Of a DNA stretch of 64,000 nt, positions 38,712 to 64,000 are shown in pieces. Source of the DNA: Podarcis melisellensis (taxonomy: Eukaryota); NCBI GenBank assembly GCA_964234715.1, contig OZ174276.1; one strand, 5' to 3'. The notes beneath the pieces were generated by a model. The model saw only the letters and a list, made by a program, of their open reading frames with translations, had not been told where the DNA came from and made no database searches. Made by a program: the position numbers and the translations under genes. Each line of letters begins with the position of its first letter. Positions within the stretch are counted from its first letter, which is position 1.

Positions 38712-38851
38712 AGTAGTGGTAAGGAAGCTGTGGTCCTCCAGATGCTGTTGGAGTCCAACTCCCATCAATTCCAGTCAGCATGGTCAGTGATTTGGGATTA
38801 TGGGAGTTGCAGTCCAGCTATATCTGGAGGTGCACAGGTCCCTCACCCTTG
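38712..38851. mobile_element. Palindromic hAT-type MITE; related pieces near 18990-19110, 49738-49835, 61443-61495, 62905-62950
   Basis: ctccagatg...caactcccat...atgggagttg...atctggag internal inverted repeats. Confidence 0.65.
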
Positions 38852-39961
38852 TTGCAGAAGAAACTTGAGGCTGCAGCTTCAAATAAAGAAGACATATCCA
38901 GCATGCAAGCAGCTTGTATAATCTGCCTTACAGACAAGTATGGTCCCTGATCCAATCAGAGTGTTGGGAGTTTCATTCAGGAGTAGAAGTGTTGTCCTGT
39001 GCCAGATCTTTCCAACAGATATGTTCTTTTAAAGAATGACTCAGTCAGAATCAGACTTTCACAGCCATTTTTATCAGAGAATGGGGAAGTGAGACTAACC
39101 CTTGCATCCGGAAGATAGCATATGCTTTAAAATGCTCTTTGAAACAACAGAATAGTGGACAAAGAAAAGTTGAATGCTTTATTTTGCAAGTCTGTATTTG
39201 CTTTTATGTCCTAGAATACTGCCCCACCACCAATCTTTCTGTTATCCATTTATATTTCCAGTTTTGCAGTAATTGTGCTTATGCAGCTGGTGTCCTGAAC
39301 AGAGAAACTGAGAAACAAGAGTTTTTTTCTTTGGAGATGTAAAATCTGCACACTTTGTGGATGTTTTGAATTACAAATTTAGGAAGACAACAGTACCATT
39401 AAAAGACCATGGTGAATTGGGGTGCATCAATCACTTTACCCATCAAATAACATCAGGAGAAGTAACATACTAAAAGTAATAGGCAAGTAGTAGTGAAAGT
39501 GCTCAGAACAAAATAAAATAACAAGGATGATGAGGAGCTCCAAATAGTTGCTTCCCCAAAATTGTGTAATTATTTGGGAATTCCTCTCTGGGGACAATCT
39601 GTTTATATGGCCTACTCTTTACCGTGAGCATCAAGAAATCGTAAAGAAACTGCTATCTCACAACAGGGAAGAACTGACCATGTCCTGAGGCACTTGGTTA
39701 TTTGACCTAGCATGAGCAAATTGCCCCTCCATACTCACGGAGATATCTATAATTGGTTTTCATTTTTTTCTATTTTTTAAAAAACCCAGTTTACAATTAT
39801 TGGTGCATTAATAGGATAACACCTTCATCTGTAGAATTGATATGGCCTTCTACCAGTGCAGTTTGCTTAATGCTTTACAGAGTTTGCTACTATATCGGTA
39901 AACATTTCTTTAAATGCTTTATTTAAGCAATTGAAGCCATGTAAAATTCAGCAGATTAACA

Positions 39962-40239
39962 CAGAGGCGTATCAAGGGTCCCTTGCACCCTTGGCAAGGA
40001 GCTGTATTGGTGCCCCCCCATCACTTTACCACAATACCATATTAGAAATTCCTACATTTTACACAACCAAGTACCAGAAGCATCCGGAGTGAGAGTGAGG
40101 TGAAGAGGAAGGGTGGAAAAAAAATGCATGCCTTTCTGTTGCAGTGTGAGAAAAATGGGAAGCTTCTCCTGCGTTTGAGCTCGCCACAATAGCAGTGTCG
40201 TGTTGCCCTTGATTTTGCAAACCCCTAATTACACCTCTG
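39962..40239. mobile_element. hAT-type MITE
   Basis: TIR cagaggcgta / tacacctctg. Confidence 0.55.
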
Positions 40240-42241
40240 GGTAAACAGGAATATGACCAAATAGAAAAGAGAAAAAAGATGATAGTTTTTAAAATAAGTT
40301 ATTTTAATGAAATGGAAGTACTACTGCTAGTTTAGTATTGCAAGAGAATAAAACTGGAAGTGGAATCTAGAATGTGGCTTCTTCACACATTAACACTGAG
40401 GGCTGCTTTCCTTGTGACATTTTAATCCTGTGAGAGGTGGATGCACACACCCCTCCAGATACACTATATGATTGGCCACTGTGAGAGGAGGATGCTGGAC
40501 TAGATGGGCCTTTGGCATCACCCAACAGGGTTTTTCTTATGTAAACACTGCAGGAACAATGCCACATTTCAAAACGCTCCAATTCCTGGATGCTGTGTAG
40601 CTGCACCCCAAAATCACTTAATCGAGAGTTCCACCAATGCCTATAACAATACTACAGGATGAGCAATTCACATATTGATGCTCATAGAACACTAAACTTG
40701 TTATGGTTCCACACTGTCCCTTATCTTTTTAAACTAGGTATTAAGACTAAGAGCAATTCCAGACTGTCACTGTTTTTGAGTGGAATTCAATCACATACTG
40801 GAAAATTCAGGTTGCAGAATTACAGCTGATTTTGAAGTACTGTGCAACAACCTGCTCCCCCACCCCCATAGATTTTTTGCAGTAAGGGAAGTGCCAGGAA
40901 GTATGCGATAACACTTGCTTTGATGCAAGGTCATATAACCTTCCTGCAAAGAAATGAGAATGAATGTTCAATGAACAGGTTGTTTGGTCCTAAGGCACCT
41001 GCAACATGATCTTTCAGCTTTCCTGTAATCTGGAACACTTGATTAGATTAGATTTACAGCTTTGCAAGTGTATCTACGTTGCTCAGGGCAGGGGGACTTC
41101 ATATGCATCTGGGTAGTGATTCAGTGCACTAAAAGTACAACTGAAATGGGTCCAGTTTGTGAAGCTCTCAGCTGTTCAGGTCAATGGGATTCTGCTAACA
41201 GAAAAAAGGAAGGAAATATTCCATGTAGAATTGTGTTTTCCATTTGTACACCATTTATATAACTCTTTGAGTCCCCCTCCCCCTTTCTACAGAATATGTA
41301 ATACACACACAGAGGCAAGAGACTTTCATCCCTTCCACACCTGATAATAACTAAACCACAACTGTATACTTATGTAGATAGGAAATGTAATAAAAAAGGG
41401 ACAAGACATTGAGTGCACTCATAAAGATACAAATGAATGTAGAAAAGGCATGAACAATGATAATTACAAATGTATAAATGCATAAAGCCCTCTTATGGAG
41501 GAATATATATAATCTGGAGGGGGGAAACATATGCCCAATATGAAAAAAATAAAATAAGCTAAACCAAAACTATCAGTTCTATAAACAGAAGCCTGGCCTG
41601 CAAGCAGAAATTCTTTCACATGGAGACACAATTGAGAGTGGGAGCCTCTGACTCTGTACAGAATTACGAAGTGAAGTTCACAAGCTGGTCAAAAGCCATT
41701 TCATAAGGCTTTCACAGACATTTTCCTATGGCAGCGTCCTTCAGAATTAGAGCTGGGAGGGAAAGGCTCGTAGGCTATGCAAGGGAACAACTACACAAAC
41801 AAGTTCAGATTGACTCTATACTTATTTCTCATTTATGTAAAAAACAAAACCTCATTGATGCAATGGTTTACAATTAGAAGATGGAAAACTATGCTAAGGA
41901 CTGTGTCAGGGAAGAATGCAAATGTGTGTATATGTTTAGTAATATCCTCAAATTCCAGACTCAGGGCTGGGCTCAGCTAACCAGTGCCACCAGTGGAAGC
42001 CCACACAAGGATTTCTGCTAGCGCAATTGGGCTTTCTTCCCTTCAGTGACCCATATCCTCCCCCATTGGCTCAGGGATGAGGTGTCAGGAGAACCCCTGG
42101 AACCGTAGACAGCAAGAGGATAGGGTAGATTGTTTAATTAGGCAAGCAGAACAGCTTGCACTAACAAAATGACCTGCATTGTATTCCTCCTATTATAAAT
42201 AATGCAAATTAGATACATTTGCAGAAATTTACTTTGTACTA

Positions 42242-42247
42242 TTTATT
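42242..42247 (-). terminator. Candidate FLT4 polyadenylation signal AATAAA
   Basis: tttatt on + strand ~1.1 kb past the stop. An alternative ATTAAA followed by a U-rich tract lies at 40303-40308. Confidence 0.35.
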
Positions 42248-43344
42248 CTAACATATGATATCCTGGGAAGAGGAAGTAAGGATGTAGGAATTGGGAGGTA
42301 GAGAAGAATAAGTAGAGGGACAGAGCTATTATAAGGTTGCATAGATTCTCTATTATAAGGTTGCATTCATTTCCACAAAGACAAAGTTCCACACTTTGCC
42401 GTGGGATGATAAGGTTCACTAAATTTTTGAAAATGATGGCTGCCAATAAAGAACATTTTATAGCTGACCAGGGATTCAGGGGTGGGGTGGGAAATGACTG
42501 AACACATAAATGGGTTCCAAGTCTGTATATGTCAGTAGAGAGTGAAGGAAATTAATTTCCACCTTGAACTAGTTAACACATAATCCCCCACTGCACAGAG
42601 ATAAAGTGGTCCGCTTGTACTAGAGCAGACAATAATGCCACCACAGACATGGGAATGGTGATGTGATAAAATCTATAATAGGCTTAGTGTCTAACATAAA
42701 TGAAAATGTAACACCATACAAGAATTAAGTATGTAATATATAGTTCTGTACTGATGTGTCTATAGGGAATGTCTATATCTAGTGAAGCAGGACTCTCCAA
42801 GTCTGGAAATACTGCTGCTCCTCCATTGCCCAAATTCATTCATTTGCTTCTTCCCCCTCCCATGATAGCTGAGTTGAAACAAGAGCAGAAGCAAACAAGG
42901 CTGCATATCAGGAAGAAACTCAGCTAAGACACATCTATTTTTATCTGACCTGAAATGAAGCTTATTACGGCAAAGTATTTGAATGGAGGCTGAATACTGA
43001 GCGGAGGCTGCAGCTCTCTACACACATCCATCTGGTGGCAGAACAGTCCTGTTTCACCCAGGGAACTGCATCCAATATCTATTGAGGGTGGCAGGGCGGT
43101 GGGGGGCAAATACAGAATCAGATCAAGGAAGTGTGCTAGTGCCAAGTGCAAGGACTATATCCCGCATCAAAATGCTTGGCATCTATCTTCACATTCAAGG
43201 AGTTCGCCATCTGTTCCACAGGGGTTCCCTACTGCGGATTCCTCAAGGATGAAGGGAAAGTGGGCTCCACTGAACAAATGTAGTGCTGCATAAGGGGCGA
43301 AGTGTAGTCTCTCAGCAGAGTGTCTCCACAATCTGTTCTTCCCT

Positions 43345-62384
<19,040 letters not shown>

Positions 62385-62707
62385 CTGCCAGGAAAACAAG
62401 ACAAGGAAACAGATGTGTGACGGAATTGCAAAAGTTGAAATACAAGTCTCAATCTCAGGCTACGCTTATGGAATTCTATTCTATGTGCTCAAGACTGTAT
62501 GGTTAAGGAATGGGAGAAACCACTTACTTGTATGTGTTTATTTAAATGCATGCACAATGGTCGCTTCAAATATGTTGAATGAAAGGTTTGGCTTTGTCCA
62601 CACACAGAGAAGAATGAAAAAAGCCACCAATGAATAAAACCACAATCCAAACACTTATAAGAGGAAATCACTATTATTATACTATGTCTTAGTATAATAT
62701 GATTTAT

Positions 62708-62745
62708 GACTTACTATTATACTATGATTTACTATTATACTATGA
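62708..62745. repeat. 18-bp tandem repeat ga(c/t)ttactattatactat x2
   Basis: Read directly; a partial third copy lies at ~62670-62686. Confidence 0.8.
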
Positions 62746-63407
62746 GTGGCAAGGTCAGGGCTGTGTTGGCACACCAGCAGAGCCCCTCTGGAGCTCCCAC
62801 TGGTGCAATCATGCAGCCCCAACCTTGCCACTGTGCTGCTCTACTCTGGGAAGTGGAAGTGACACCAGTGTCAGGAGGCTGACTCAAATAGCACAGTCCA
62901 CTGGGTGCTCCTGGGAGTTGTAATCCAAAACCTGGGAGTTGTAGTCCCAAACTTGGTTGAAGAAATCTGTTAAAGAGACAAAAACCCAACTTCCTAAATA
63001 TGTAATGAAACTGGGACACCACAAGAGAGTCTATTCAGCGACAGGGCACTAGGGGGTGCTACTGCACCAGGAACACTTGGGAAATGCATGCTCCAGCATT
63101 TTCGTGGAAGGGAGCTTTGATCTCTTCACTAGCAAATATCTGCTCACAGGAAACATGAGAGAGGAACTGAGTTTGTATTTTCTCTTTTCTAGCTCCAGGA
63201 TATCTCTTGCATACTCTTATTTGCAGTGGAAACCAGCCTGGCTTTTTAACATCTCATAGTGGATATGTTTTATTCTGGATGCAGACTTTACTAAGGAGGT
63301 GGAGGCCCATGTTTTTGTTACAGATGAAGCCAGTTTGAAAAAATGAAATCCCAAATCAAACGATGAATGCTCAAATATAAACATCTGCAAAGTGAATTTT
63401 TCAAAAG

Positions 63408-63803
63408 GGCATGGAAACCAAGCCTTATGAGGAACAGTTGAGGGAGCTGGGTATGCTTAGCTTTGAAAAGATGATAGTGAGAGGAGATATGATAGCCATC
63501 TTCAAACATCTAAAGGGCTGTCACTTGGAAGATGGAGCAAGATTCTTTTATCCTGTTCCAGGTTAGGACCCAAAACAATGGCTTCACGTTACAAGAAAGG
63601 AGATTCCAACTAAGCGTCTGGAAGAACTTTATGACAGTAAGAGCTGTTTGACAGTGGAACAGTCTCCTTCTATAGACAGTGGATTCTCCTTCCTTGGAAG
63701 TTTTAAAGCAGAGGTTGGATGGCTATCTGTTAAGGATGCTTTAGTTGAGACACCTGCATTGCAGGCGGTTGGTTCCTTCCAACTCTACAATTCTATGATT
63801 CTG
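63408..63803 (+). mobile_element. CR1 LINE 3' end
   Basis: ETKPYEEQLRELGMLSFEK-like ORF2 end; terminus ccttccaactctacaattctatgattct. Confidence 0.88.
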
Positions 63804-64000
63804 TGAAATCCCAATTTGAAAACTCATCTTTCAGCTACAAAGCTCAAATTTTGATCATGATTATAAAAAAGAAATTGAGGTGGCAAATGTGTGGCTCTAC
63901 TGACTAAACTATAAGAACCAAAGTTAGAGGTTTACCCTCAAACTCAACATTTTGACAAAGTTTGAGGAACTCCTATATTATTAAAAATCTGATAATCTGA

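Overview
Eukaryotic genomic DNA, most likely a squamate (the SINE/MITE content suggests a lacertid lizard). Two multi-exon genes lie on the minus strand. (1) RNF130/Goliath (PA-TM-RING-H2 E3 ligase): coding exons 1-7 at 24961->2379, CpG-island promoter at ~25300-26400, terminal exon not identified in the window. (2) The 3' part of FLT4/VEGFR3: exons 13-30 (human numbering) at 62384->43345, all with GT-AG junctions in one consistent frame. The ~17 kb between them contains no recognisable coding exon. Introns and intergenic DNA carry Sauria SINEs with target-site duplications (TSDs), CR1/L2/RTE LINE fragments, hAT and Tc1/mariner-type MITEs, a probable solo LTR, a 5S-derived SINE and microsatellites. 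Nearly all ORFs in the supplied track are spurious or exon read-throughs. Best leads: a TSD-flanked Penelope-like insertion carrying a minimal hammerhead ribozyme in FLT4 intron 18; direct FLT4-RNF130 adjacency; a VEGFR1/2-type DYIPL docking motif in this VEGFR3; an unusual RNF130 leader with a uORF; and an intergenic ~130-nt fold-back. No prokaryote-type system is present.
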